From the NCBI GenBank assembly GCA_964016885.1, contig OZ024762.1:6696001-6760000 (forward strand): a stretch of DNA of 64,000 nucleotides, read 5' to 3'. Of the stretch, positions 11,843 to 24,609 are shown one piece after another. The DNA is from Eledone cirrhosa (Eukaryota). Every line of letters starts with the position of its first letter. The stretch's first letter is position 1. The notes under the pieces were generated by a model that was given only the letters and a program-made list of their open reading frames with translations, made no database searches and was not told the DNA's origin. Both the position numbers and the translations under genes were made by a program.

Positions 11843-12169
11843 CAAACATTAATTTAGCTGCACATCATTATTTTCTACACACACATATCCTCACATCATT
11901 ATTTTCTACACACACATAACACACATACACCACACACACACACATTACACACATACACTCCACAACCAGTCACATGATAAACAGACAAGAGATGCACGCA
12001 TATATGACACACATTGTTCTATTATCTTGATTCCAGCACTTGAGATGTCTGTGATCTGGCTTTCCATCTTAAATAATTGATTCCAAAATGAAATTTATGA
12101 AAAGTCCACCTCTTCATATTGTCTATTTTCATAGTGGAAACATCAGATTATTCCCCAAACAGACAAATG

Positions 12170-12830
12170 GCCTTCCTCTTCTTCTCCCACTTATTCTAGG
12201 GAACGTTGTCGGGACAGATTACTCAAGCACACCTTCTAGCAGGACCTGTCAGAATCAACTATCTCCAATTGATCCAGCTGGATCCCCAAGTGAGACCACC
12301 TGAGCTCAAGGACGTTATCCAACCATCTTGCTTGGGGTCTACCCCTGAGTCTCCTGCCATTTGGTTTTGCCTGTAAAATCTGTCCAACAAATATTTCCCC
12401 CGAGACATTCTAACTACATGCCCATAGTATTGGAGCTGTGATCTCTCAATTTGGAGAAGTAGCAGCTCTACCTGGAGTGATTCCACTGATTCCTTCCTGA
12501 GACATTCTAACTACATGCCCATAGTATTGGAGCTGTGATCTCTCTATTTGGAGAAGTAGCAGCTCTACCTGGAGTGATTCCACTGATTCCTTCCTGAGAC
12601 ATTCTAACTACATGCCCATAGTATTGGAGCTGTGATCTCTCTATTTGGAGAAGTAGCAGCTCTACCTGGAGTGATTCCTTGATCTCCAAGCTACACACTT
12701 TATTGTGTAACATAACTCCAAAGGCCCTTCGGAGGACTACTTTCCAGCCAATTATACTCGTGATCATATTCTTTTGGTCATTACCCAAGATTCCTGAAGA
12801 TAGGTAAAGGTTGGCATGAATATTGAATTG
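12170..12830 (-). mobile_element. RTE-like LINE (family 2) 3' fragment with a 97-bp internal triplication (12402-12678)
   Basis: ELLLLQIERSQLQYYGHVVRMS motif repeated; period of 97 bp. Confidence 0.8.
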
Positions 12831-12899
12831 AAGGTAGCAACAAATCTGTTGTTTTTATTTCAAAGTTACCTATTAACATTCTGTAATAGTTTACAATAG

Positions 12900-13445
12900 T
12901 TTACATTAATAGTCTTCACTAGTTGACAGATTGCTGTGAAAATTTGCAGTGTTATTATAAGTCGTTAACTTTCAATTTGATGCAGTTATAATGCTGTTTT
13001 CTACTTTTCTTTGTTTCGTATAGTTTGTAAATTCAAATGTTTTTAGTATCTTTAAAAGTTGACAGATCATTGTCAAAATTTGCAGTTTTAGAGGAAAGAC
13101 TCTAGTTTTAAATGTGATGTAGTCATAGTGTCACGTTATACTTTTCAAAAATGTCTTACTAATGCAGTTTGTAAAATCTATGTTTATAAAAAAATCTATA
13201 TTTACTAGTGAACAGATTGTGTGAAAATTTGCATTATTAAAATAAAAACTTTCATTTTAATGTGATGGTGTCATTGCTGTTTTGTACCTCCGAGGAAGCT
13301 TTCCTAATGTGGTTTCATGCAGGTTTTTTAAATTAAAATGTTTTTAGTACCTTTACAAATGGACAGATTGTTGTGTAAATTTGTAGTATTAAAGTAAAGT
13401 CTTTTATTTTTAATGTGATCCAGTCATAGTGCTGTTTTGTACTTG
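12900..13445 (+). repeat. Diverged ~140-bp dispersed satellite
   Basis: Recurrent gacagat..tgtgaaaatttgcag and ctaatgtggtttcat; also at ~17620-18060, ~30960-31170 (-) and ~56220-56560. Confidence 0.7.
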
Positions 13446-13888
13446 TGATTACAGGATGTATAGAGTTAAGATGGTATTTATTGAAATTAGAGCATACAGT
13501 AGGAACCTCTGAGTTATATGTGACATAATAACAATCTTTTCTATATATATTTTAATATAAAAAGTTACACACAGGTAACATACATACAAATTATAAATGA
13601 AAAAAGAAAGTAAGTTATCTTACTTTCTTTTTTCCTTTGTTTCACTCAAGCTTCACAAGCTATGTGAGGCACCAGACATTTTTTCTAATGTCCCACAAAA
13701 TTGTTATATGTTTTGTAGCGTAATGGCCATAAATTACTGTTTTGTCTTTAGTTTCTTACTCCTTTGGACAGCGTTTGGCTTATGTGACCCCGGATTGGTA
13801 GGGGTCGAAACTGCCCAAGTCCATCTCATCAGCCGATGACCATGGAGTCCTGTGTCCTTCGTTTGTATATTTATTTTAAAAAAATAAT

Positions 13889-13934
<46 letters not shown>

Positions 13935-14395
13935 AAGAGAGAGACAGACAGACAGAGAGAGGGGGAAAATAGTGAGATAGATAGATAGATAGATACAGAT
14001 AAACAATGCATATTATTATTATTATTATGATAGTAAATGAATACTTATCACAGCTGTAGTTGATTGTACATGATATTTTCAACATGTGTTGCACAATGTA
14101 TGAGATATTGAGTACTACTTACCTAAAAAAGACAAAGAGAAAGAAAATAACAGTTAGAATAGAAAGAAACAACTGAAATGTGGGGAAAATTACTGTAAAA
14201 ATATAAAATTGATATTTAGAATAGGTTTTCTTAAGAGTTTGTAATGTAATTATTCAAATGTGACAATGGCATCAGATGAGAAGATGGAAATATTTCACTG
14301 CAGATATACAATTAGCATTTCATAGAAATATCATAGTATAAACAAAGATATGGTCATATTTTATAAACAAAAGTTGAAGAAAGAAAGAAAGAACG

Positions 14396-14450
<55 letters not shown>

Positions 14451-14473
14451 TGGAACTGAGGTTCCACTATACA

Positions 14474-14519
<46 letters not shown>

Positions 14520-14799
14520 GTAATGAAGTAATTCCGTCGGAAAGGTCCAGGAAAAAAGAGGTAAATGAAATAATTATCTTATGTTGTTTATTACATAACT
14601 ATATATATATATATATATATATATAAAACTAACAAATAGTTTTATGCCTCTACATGGCTGAATACAAGAAATGTAAATCTGAGTTTTTCGAATATTAATA
14701 ATGATATTCGATTTGTTTGCAATCATACAAACAGCCTCTTTAAGCCATGTGAGTAGAATAACCCCATCATTCTTGCTCTTGTGTTGGCATGTAAACAGA

Positions 14800-14846
14800 A
14801 CAGCAGACACTAATGTTTCTGGGTGACTACCCTTCATCAGTACCGT
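14800..14846 (-). ncRNA. Minimal hammerhead ribozyme candidate
   Basis: acggta-CTGATGA-a-gggt/agtc/accc-a-GAAA-ca/ttag/tg-TC-tgctgt. Confidence 0.7.
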
Positions 14847-15087
14847 AGAGCGATAAGACTATTTGTTTGTTATTTGAATATGGCAAATCCGACCATTAAT
14901 CACTTGTACACAGGAAACTAACTGGCCTATCTGTTGATATGCAAATCTGACTGACCAGTGTGTCTGCTAATATGCAGATCTGACTGGTTGGGCAGTCTGC
15001 TAATATGCAAATCAGGCTGATCAGTCACTGTATATTCCAGAAAATATATATTTTCACTAGCTCTGACAGTTGGCATGTAAGCAGTAT

Positions 15088-15133
15088 ACGGTACTGATGA
15101 AGTGTAATCACCCAGAAATATTAGTGTCTGCCA
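15088..15133 (+). ncRNA. Diverged inverted copy of the 14800 hammerhead
   Basis: acggta-CTGATGA-agtgtaatcaccca-GAAA-tattagtg-TC-tgcc. Confidence 0.6.
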
Positions 15134-15438
15134 TTGAAATTAATGCATGCAAGATTTCACAGTTCTAGCATCACTCCTTCATAGTAAGCCTATGAATATT
15201 TAGTTACTATTGGTTCACCATAAGACAATACCAATCTGGGTCTGGTTGCTGGTCTGGTTGCTGATGTGGTGTTCTATGATTGATATTTCACTGATGAGCT
15301 ATTCCAGAGTTTTGGCCTGATCAATACTGATCGTAGTTTAAGCTGATCAATCACAAAAAGTAGGTCATGTGTGAATAAATATAATGATGCTATATTGATA
15401 CTTTCTTTCCTAATTCTTCTTATTATTAGTGTGTGGTA

Positions 15439-15654
15439 GAGCGCTGGATTGGCAGAATCGGTAGAGCATCAGACACCATGCTTTGCAGCACAGAGTTACG
15501 GCCCTTTATGATCTGAGTTCAAATCCTGCCGAGGTTAACTTTGACTTTCATCCTTACGGGGTCGATAAAATAAAGTACCAGTCACGCACTAGGGTCGATT
15601 TAATTGACTTTCCCCTCCCCCAAAATTACTGGCCTTATGCCTATATAAGGAACC
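15439..15654 (+). mobile_element. Deu/Nin-like SINE (long form) with a 17-bp target site duplication
   Basis: attattagtgtgtggta at 15422-15438 and 15655-15671. Confidence 0.9.
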
Positions 15655-15667
15655 ATTATTAGTGTGT

Positions 15668-15711
<44 letters not shown>

Positions 15712-15879
15712 TGGGGACATGGAAATACTCAGTTTGGTGACCAAGTGAGCAGTTAGCCTACTGGAAGTGAGAGACCTCTAGTTCTTGTTAGGACATCATT
15801 CTAGAAGGAAAACAGACATCACTAGATCTATAAAACTTTCATGTGTGTTTCATAACAGTTTTTTTCTCTTTCATTGCAG

Positions 15880-15938
15880 CATATGAAGAAAGGAATAAGT
15901 CCTTGACAGAGTTAAAGAGACATATTCATGCCACCCAG
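15880..15938 (+). CDS. Candidate 59-bp internal coding exon (xYEERNKSLTELKRHIHATQ)
   Basis: Acceptor tttttctctttcattgcag, donor cag|gtatga, open frame, non-repetitive sequence. Confidence 0.45.
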
Positions 15939-16016
15939 GTATGAGGAATAGATCAAGGGATGCCAATCCTGAAAACTGAGATGCAGTCATTATATTTATA
16001 TATATATATGTATTTG

Positions 16017-16053
<37 letters not shown>

Positions 16054-16159
16054 CGTTTCTGAATTTGTTTAGCAAGATTCTTTATCTGAAATCGTGTGTT
16101 GAAACCGATATTGTTATACTTTGGGAGGGTCATGTTGCCAATAAGAAACACACGCACCA

Positions 16160-16193
<34 letters not shown>

Positions 16194-16196
<3 letters not shown>

Positions 16197-16709
16197 CAAA
16201 TACATTACACAAATAGAAGTGTGTTACACAGTGAAATGTGTGTAAAGAATTATTACAAGTGATTTTTACCGTTACTCTATAGAAAACAATATCTACAGGT
16301 TTAGCAATTAAATAGAAAAAAACCTAAGTCAGAATCAAATCTCTGAAGTAGATTTTAGATTACTAACCTTATAACTATAAGTTTGCTGATCCGAATTAAG
16401 TTCGTTTCACCACGGCAACCGTTTCAGCAAACTTATAGTTATAAGGTTAGTAATTTAAAATCTACTTCAGAGATTTGATTCTGACTTAGGTTTTTTTCTA
16501 TTTAATTGCTAAACCTGTAGATATTACTTTCTATACAGTAACGGTAAAAATCACTTGTAATAATTCTTTACACACATTTCACTGTGTAACACACTTCTAT
16601 TTGTGTAATGTATTTGTATCTGAGCTCAGAAGAAAATTCTCTATTCTTCTTTGAGCTAATATTATTATTATTACTGTGAACTGCGGAATACTCTTAATTC
16701 CGATCCTAG

Positions 16710-16710
<1 letters not shown>
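16194..16710 (+). mobile_element. Foldback insert in (TA)n: 196-bp arms, 34-nt spacer, ~90-bp tail
   Basis: 16194-16389 is the reverse complement of 16424-16619 with ~4 mismatches. Confidence 0.8.
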
Positions 16711-16765
<55 letters not shown>

Positions 16766-16898
16766 CACACACATATATATATATATACATACAAATACAT
16801 ATATATACACACACACACACACACACATACACACACATACATATATATATATATATACACACACATATATATATATATACATACAAATACATATATAT

Positions 16899-16929
<31 letters not shown>

Positions 16930-16973
16930 TACATATATATATATATACACACATATATATATATACATACAAA

Positions 16974-17017
<44 letters not shown>

Positions 17018-17266
17018 TACATATATATATATATATACACATATATATATATACATACAAATACATATATATACACATACACACACACACATATACACAC
17101 ACATATATATATATATATACACACATATATATATATACATACAAATACATATATATACACATACACACACACACATATACACACACATACATATATATAT
17201 ATATATACACACATATATATATATACATACAAATACATATATATACACATACACACACACACATAT

Positions 17267-17297
<31 letters not shown>

Positions 17298-17312
17298 CAC
17301 ATGTATATACAT
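16711..17312. repeat. Compound (TA)/(CA) microsatellite with higher-order periodicity
   Basis: Recurring catacaaatacat landmark. Confidence 0.9.
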
Positions 17313-17691
17313 ATTTGAAAAGAAATTAAATATTTCTTTGTAGGTCTGAATACTATATAAATTTACATATAATTTTGAGTTTATAAATAGTGATAGTGTG
17401 GTATGGCGATGGTTTCATTAAGAATAACTAGCAAGTAAGGTAAAGACCCGTCTCCAAAGCTGTGGTCATGGATGATGATGGCTTTTATACTTAGATAGAT
17501 TCCCTCCCCTGTACAATCTCAGGCAAGCTGTTTTGTGGGAGGCCAGTATATGAAGTAGTCCAAGAGAAAGGTAATGGCAGATACGACAATGTTTGGCACC
17601 AGTGATGTCTCAATGCCATTTTATACTTTCCAAGGCTACCTTGCTAATGTGGTTTCATCTGGTTTGTTAATTCAAACGTTTATAGTATCTT

Positions 17692-17732
<41 letters not shown>

Positions 17733-17807
17733 CAGCTCACACCTATGCAGGTTTATCTGGCCTCCTCCAAGGTATATCTCGTTGGAGGTGTCTTGGGTGA
17801 TTTAATG

Positions 17808-17975
17808 ATAAAGACCCCGGTCCCTATCATCTCATTTCTACAGCTGGGTAAACTGGAGCAACGTCAAATAAAGTGTCTTGCTGAAGGAAACAACACATCA
17901 CCTGGTCTAAGAACTGAACTCACAACCTTTCGATTGCAAGCCCAATGCCCTAACCACTAAGCCATGCGCCTTCAC
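17808..17975 (-). mobile_element. tRNA-headed SINE (family 1), 5' half
   Basis: Reverse complement of 20798-20965. Confidence 0.85.
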
Positions 17976-18364
17976 ATGTTTAGTATCTTTACTTTTGGGC
18001 AGATCATTGTGCAAATTTGCAGTATTAGAGTAAAGGCGTTTTAATGTGATGCAATCCTATTTTCCAGAATTTTCCAGAAGGCTTTGCCAAAATAGCTTCA
18101 TATGGTACAGGACATTAACTGTTAAGATATTTTGTTCAATAACAGCAAATATCTCCAATAGTGACACAAGCTATTCTAATTTGTCTTCTTTCAATGCAAT
18201 AGTGCCATATTTCATATTGAAACACCGCCCCCACCTCCTCCCTGTCTTCCAAGTAATTATAATGTGTTAATTATCACAAGTCAACTCATTATTTCATATG
18301 CCAGTGTTAGATTTGGAGGGAGAGACAAGGGAATCATTATTAGACCTGGCATATTAAGTAGATA

Positions 18365-20208
18365 GTGGTGATGGTCGTGATGGTGGTGTTGGTGGTCGTA
18401 GTGGTGGTGGTGGTGGTGATGGTGGTGGTGGTGGTGATGGTGGTGGTGGTGGTGATGGTGATGGTGGTGGTGGTGATGGTGGTGGTGATGATGGTGGTGG
18501 TGGTGTTGGTGATGATGGTGGTGGTGGTAATGATGGTGGTGGTGGTGATGATGGTGGTGGTTGTGGTGATGGTGGTGGTTGTGGTGGTGGTGGTGGTGGT
18601 GGTGGTGATGGTGATGGTGGTGGTGGTGATGGTGGTGGTGGTGGTGGTGGTGATGGTGGTGGTGGTGATGGTGGTGGTGGTGGTGATGGTGATGGTGGTG
18701 GTGTTGGTGATGATGGTGGTGGTGGTAATGATGGTGGTGGTGGTGATGATGGTGGTGGTTGTGGTGATGGTGGTGGTTGTGGTGGTGGTGGTGGTTGTAA
18801 TGGTGTTGGTGGTCGTGATGGTGGTGATGGTGGTGATAGTGGTGGTGGTCGTAATGGTGTTGGTGGTCGTGATGGTGGTGATGGTGGTGATAGTGGTGGT
18901 GGTCGTAATGGTGTTGGTGGTCGTGATGGTGGTGATGGTGGTGATAGTGGTGGTGGTTGTAATGGTGTTGGTGGTCGTGATGGTGGTGATGGTGGTGATA
19001 GTGGTGGTGGTCGTAATGGTGTTGGTGGTCGTGATGGTGGTGATGGTGGTGATAGTGGTGGTGGTCGTAATGGTGTTGGTGGTCGTGATGGTGGTGATGG
19101 TGGTGATAGTGGTGGTGGTCGTAATGGTGTTGGTGGTCGTGATGGTGGTGGTGGTGGTGATAGTGGTGGTGGTCGTAATGGTGTTGGTGGTCGTGATGGT
19201 GGTGATGGTGGTGATAGTGGTGGTGGTCGTAATGGTGTTGGTGGTCGTGATGGTGGTGATGGTGGTGATAGTGGTGGTGGTCGTAATGGTGTTGGTGGTC
19301 GTGATGGTGGTGATGGTGGTGATAGTGGTGGTGGTTGTAATGGTGTTGGTGGTCGTGATGGTGGTGATGGTGGTGATAGTGGTGGTGGTCGTAATGGTGT
19401 TGGTGGTCGTGATGGTGGTGATGGTGGTGATAGTGGTGGTGGTCGTAATGGTGTTGGTGGTCGTGATGGTGGTGATGGTGGTGATAGTGGTGGTGGTCGT
19501 AATGGTGTTGGTGGTCGTGATGGTGGTGGTGGTGGTGATAGTGGTGGTGGTCGTAATGGTGTTGGTGGTCGTGATGGTGGTGATGGTGGTGATAGTGGTG
19601 GTGGTCGTAATGGTGTTGGTGGTCGTGATGGTGATGGTGGTGGTGGTGGTGGTGGTCGTAATGGTGGTGGTGGTGATGATGGTGGTGGTGATGATGGTGG
19701 TTGTGGTGGTGGTGGTGGTTGTAATGGTGTTGGTGGTCGTGATGGTGGTGATGGTGGTGATAGTGGTGGTGGTCGTAATGGTGGTGGTGGTCGTGATGGT
19801 GGTGGTGGTCGTAGTGGTGTTGGTGGTCGTGATGATGGTGGTGGTGATGATGGTGGTGGTGATGATGGTGGTTGTAGTGGTGTTGGTGATGGTGGTGGTG
19901 ATGGTGGTGATGATGGTGATGGTGGTCGTAGTGGTGTTGGTGGTCTTGATGGTGGTGGTGGTGGTGATGATAGTCATGAGGATGGAGGTGTTGGTAATGG
20001 TGAGGGTGGTGAAGACAGTGATGATGATGATGACGGTGGCAATGGTGGCTGGTAGTGGCCATGGTAACATCGATGGTGGTGATGGTGATTGTGATGATGA
20101 TGAGGGTGATGATGATGGTGATGGTGATGATGGTGATGGTGATGGTGATGGTGATGATGGTGATGGAGATGATGATGGTGATGGTGATGATGATGGTGAT
20201 GATGATGG
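18365..20208. repeat. (GGT/GAT)n array with a 54-bp higher-order unit (~18797-19620)
   Basis: Unit gtaatggtgttggtggtcgtgatggtggtgatggtggtgatagtggtggtggtc. Confidence 0.95.
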
Positions 20209-20498
20209 TGTCTACATCATTATCTTTATTGAGATGGAAATTATTCATAATGTCACAACAGCTGCTGTTGACTGTCTTCGTAACCTCCAATGTTCCCTCA
20301 AATATATATACACAAACACACACACACATATATATATATACATACACACATATATATATATATATATATACATAATATATAAAAATATATAACTATATAA
20401 ATATATAAATGCCATGCCAGAGAAACAGATGCTTGTGAATTTCAGCTTAAGTTTAGCCCCTGTTGAAGTTCATCACTACGACAGTTCATCAACTGCCA

Positions 20499-20534
<36 letters not shown>

Positions 20535-20797
20535 CCTCCCCTACCAATCAATCACTCTGTCCCCCCCGCCCCCCAGTCACTCTCATCTAAACTATTTTGA
20601 AACCAGACACTGGTCAAGAGAGGTTCTAAGTCTAAAGTCTGTCTCGAGCCCGAAGCTGAGGCTTTCAGAATGTTTAATAAACATACTGTATATCTTTAGA
20701 TGTACGAAATTCACATAAATAATTAATAATTTTAGTAAATACCTCAAAACTCTTTATTAATTAATTGAACTAGAGTGTATTTCATTATAAATGTAGT

Positions 20798-21132
20798 GGA
20801 GGCACATGGCTTAGTGGTTAGAGCATTGGGCTTGCAATCGAAAGGTTGTGATTTCAATTCTCAGACCAGGTGATGTGTTGTTTCCTTGAGCAAGACACTT
20901 TATTTTTCACATTGCTCCAGTTTACTCAGCTGTAGAAATGAGATGATAGGGACTGGGGTCCCTATCATTCCACTGCAAAGTAGCTGTGGAGGTGCCACGG
21001 CAAAAAAGCACCCAGCACTCACTGTAAATGAGGTTGGTGTTAGGAAGGGCATCCAGCTGTAGAAATCAAGCCAGAATCAGTTCCCGTCCCACCCTTGCAA
21101 GCAGGGAAAAGCGGACGTAAAATGATGACGAT
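20798..21132 (+). mobile_element. Full-length tRNA-headed SINE (family 1) with RTE-derived tail A
   Basis: A-box tggcttagtggttagagc; ccttgagcaagacacttt core; tail cccttgcaagcagggaaaagcggacgtaaaatgatg identical to the LINE 3' end near 6959-6995. Confidence 0.92.
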
Positions 21133-22271
21133 GGAAGGGTAAAGTGAACAGTTCTTCACAGAATGTTCTTGTAGCAGATATACTAGCATCAGCTAGGATG
21201 ATGACTGCTGCCATGGTCCACTCTAAGGACAATAGCTAGTAAACCACCGCCAAAATGGAGGACAAGTGTTGCCCCTGCCCAATGTACCACCAATAGCTGT
21301 GTCTACCTCTTCTCCATCTACCACTATGGACTCTGCTCCTAAGAATGTACAGGACACACACACACACACACTCCGAACATATACGTACATCCTTCAAACT
21401 CTCCAAACAAACCCACTTCACCTCCCCCACTCCCACACCCTCCAGCCAAACACACCCACTCCACCTCCGCCGACCCTCCAGCCAAATACCCCAAACACCC
21501 CCTCCCTTCCACCCTCCCCGACCCTCCAGCCAAATACTCCAAACACCCCCTCCCCGACGCTCCAGCCAAATACTCCAAACACACCCAAACCATCCGCACA
21601 CCCTCCAGCCAAACACACACCCACTCCACCACACACACAGCCAAACTCTCCAAACACCCCCACACCACCTCAGAAACTGTAATAACCAACCAGTTCACTA
21701 AATCCCTTCTTTCTCTCAAGAGGATCAACCTTATGTAATTATCTCTCTGATCAGATATTCCTTAACATTGAAACACTGATGATGATGATGGTGGTGGGGT
21801 GGTGGTGGTGGTGAAGATGATGTGGAGGGTGATGATGGGGTGATGGTGGTGAGGATGGTGGTGGTGGTGGTGAGGGTGGTGGTGGTGCGGATGATGATGG
21901 TGGTGATGGGGTGGTGGTGGTGGTGGTGATGATGACGGTGATGATGATTGACAAACAAACACACACACACACACGCACACACACATGTACAGACACACAC
22001 ACACACATGTACAGACACACAAACACACATGTACAGACACACAAACACACATATACAGACACACACACACACATGTACAGACACACACACACACACACAT
22101 GTACAGACACACACACACACACACACACACATGTACAGACACACACACACACATGTACAGACACACACACACACATGTACAGACACACACATTCTACAAT
22201 GGCCTCAGCTTCTCTGAACTTTTTAATAGCATAGCACCTCAACCAAGGAACACAGAAACATGCTGCCTCTC

Positions 22272-22807
22272 CCCTCCCCTTCTCTCATCACCCACTACAC
22301 CATCCACCGCCCTCCCCTTCTCTCATCACCCACTACACCGTCCACTGCCCTCCCCTTCTCTCATCACCCACTACACCATCCACCGCCCTCCCCTTCTCTC
22401 ATCACCCACTGCACCATCCACCGCCCTCCCCTTCTCTCATCACCCACTGCACCATCCACCGCCCTCCCCTTCTCACATCACCCACTACACCATCCACCGC
22501 CCTCCCCTTCTCACATCACCCACTGCACCATCCACCGCCCTCCCCTTCTCTCATCACCCACTACACCATCCACCGCCCTCCCCTTCTCACATCACCCACT
22601 ACACCATCCACCGCCCTCCCCTTCTCACATCACCCACTACACCATCCACCGCCCTCCCCTTCTCACATCACCCACTACACCATCCACCGCCCTCCCCTTC
22701 TCACATCACCCACTACACCATCCACCGCCCTCCCCTTCTCACATCACCCACTACACCATCCACCGCCCTCCCCTTCTCACATCACCCACTACACCATCCA
22801 CCGCCCT
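22272..22807. repeat. 38-bp C-rich minisatellite, ~14 copies
   Basis: cctccccttctc(a/t)catcacccactacaccatccaccgc. Confidence 0.95.
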
Positions 22808-22887
22808 GTACTAAATGTTTCACCTCCCCCAAGAGCGTCAATGCTTCTCTGTAATGTCCCTCGGCCCACACACGGTTTTACTGAAAA

Positions 22888-23310
22888 TAATTGTTTCTAC
22901 TTTAGGCACAAGGCCAGCAATTACCCAGTGCATTACTGGTACTTTATTTTATCGACCCCCGTAAGGATGAAAGGCAAAGTCAACCTCGGCGGGATTTGAA
23001 CTCAGATCGTAAAGGGACGTAACTCTTTGCTGCAAAGCATGGCGTCCGACCCTCTACCGATACTGCCAATCCACCGCCCTAATTACTGAAAATAATGGTT
23101 TCTAATTAAGGCACAAGGCCAACAATTTGGAGGGAGGGGAAAGTTGATTAAATTGACTCCAGTGTATGCCTGGTACTTTATTTTATTGACTCCGTTAAGG
23201 GTGAAAGACAAAGCTAACCTCGGTGAGATCTGAAATCAGAATGTAAAGGGACGTAACACTATACCACAAAGCAGGGTGTCCAGCGCTCTACCGATACTGC
23301 CGATGCCCAG
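22888..23310 (-). mobile_element. Two adjacent Deu/Nin-like SINEs (short form inserted at the tail of a long form)
   Basis: ttactgaaaataat duplicated at ~22879 and ~23083. Confidence 0.85.
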
Positions 23311-23715
23311 AGTTTTACTGAAAATGTTGACAACACACTAACTACAATGGCTTTAGTTCCTCTGAATTTTTTTGTTACCACCACCACCACCACCACCACC
23401 ACCACCACCACAACCACCACCACCACTACCACCTCCACCAACACCACCACCATCACTACCACCAACACCAACACCACCGACACAACCACTACCACCTCCA
23501 CCAACACCATCACCACCAACACAACCACTACCACCTCCACCAACACCATCACCACCAACACAACCACTACCACTACCACCAACACCACCGACACAACCAC
23601 CACCACCACCAACACAACCACTACCACCTCCACCATCACCAAGACCATCACCACTACCACCAACGCCACCAACACAACCACCACCACCAACACAACCAAC
23701 GCAACCACTACCACA

Positions 23716-23749
<34 letters not shown>

Positions 23750-23903
23750 GGGAGGGAAATTCAAGGTTGATAAATAAAGTACCAGTTAAGTACCAGTACT
23801 TAACTGGTACTTTATTTATCAACCTTGAAAAGAAGCATGGTTGATGTTGGCAGGATATGAACCCAGAGTGCTGCAGTGAGCAGCAGTAAATGGTGAGGTT
23901 TAC

Positions 23904-24222
23904 CTACACCCAGTACACTCTGTAAAGTGGTACTGCTGCTGCCACAATAAACTACACCCAGTACACTCTGTAAAGTGATACTGCTGCTGCCACAATAAAC
24001 TACACCCAGTACACTCTGTAAAGTGGTACTTTTGGTGCCACAATAAACTACACCCAGTACACTCTGTAAAGTGGTACTTTTGGTGCCACAATAAACTACA
24101 CCCAGTACACTCTGTAAAGTGGTACTTTTGGTGCCACAATAAACTACACCCAGTACACTCTGTAAAGTGGTAATCTGGTGTCACAATAAACAACACCCAG
24201 TACACTCTGTAAAGTGATAGTG
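23904..24222. repeat. 48-bp minisatellite related to a SINE segment
   Basis: tacacccagtacactctgtaaagtggtacttttggtgccacaataaac. Confidence 0.9.
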
Positions 24223-24458
24223 CTGGTTGACATAGCTAAACAGCTATATCAACCAGTGATTGTCCCAGGAGGTGGATGGTGTCTGTAGGAGATGATGACT
24301 ACATCACTTTCCTCATTAATCTGTGAAAGCACTTCATGATTGTTAATTATAAATGTCCATTAATATTTCTAAAATTGTAAATAAAATTTAAAAGAGTAAA
24401 AGAAAAGCCAACACATACACACATATATAGACACATATATATAGACATACATATAGGC

Positions 24459-24523
<65 letters not shown>

Positions 24524-24578
24524 TATAGACATATATATATAGGCATATGTATATATATATATATATATATATAGACAC

Positions 24579-24609
<31 letters not shown>

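Noticed and set aside
20798-20870. tRNA genes
   Set aside because: These are tRNA-derived SINE heads without a complete cloverleaf or a T-run terminator at the expected position
21266-23844. Pro/Thr/His-rich ORFs (extensin- or mucin-like)
   Set aside because: Translations of simple repeats, open in multiple frames
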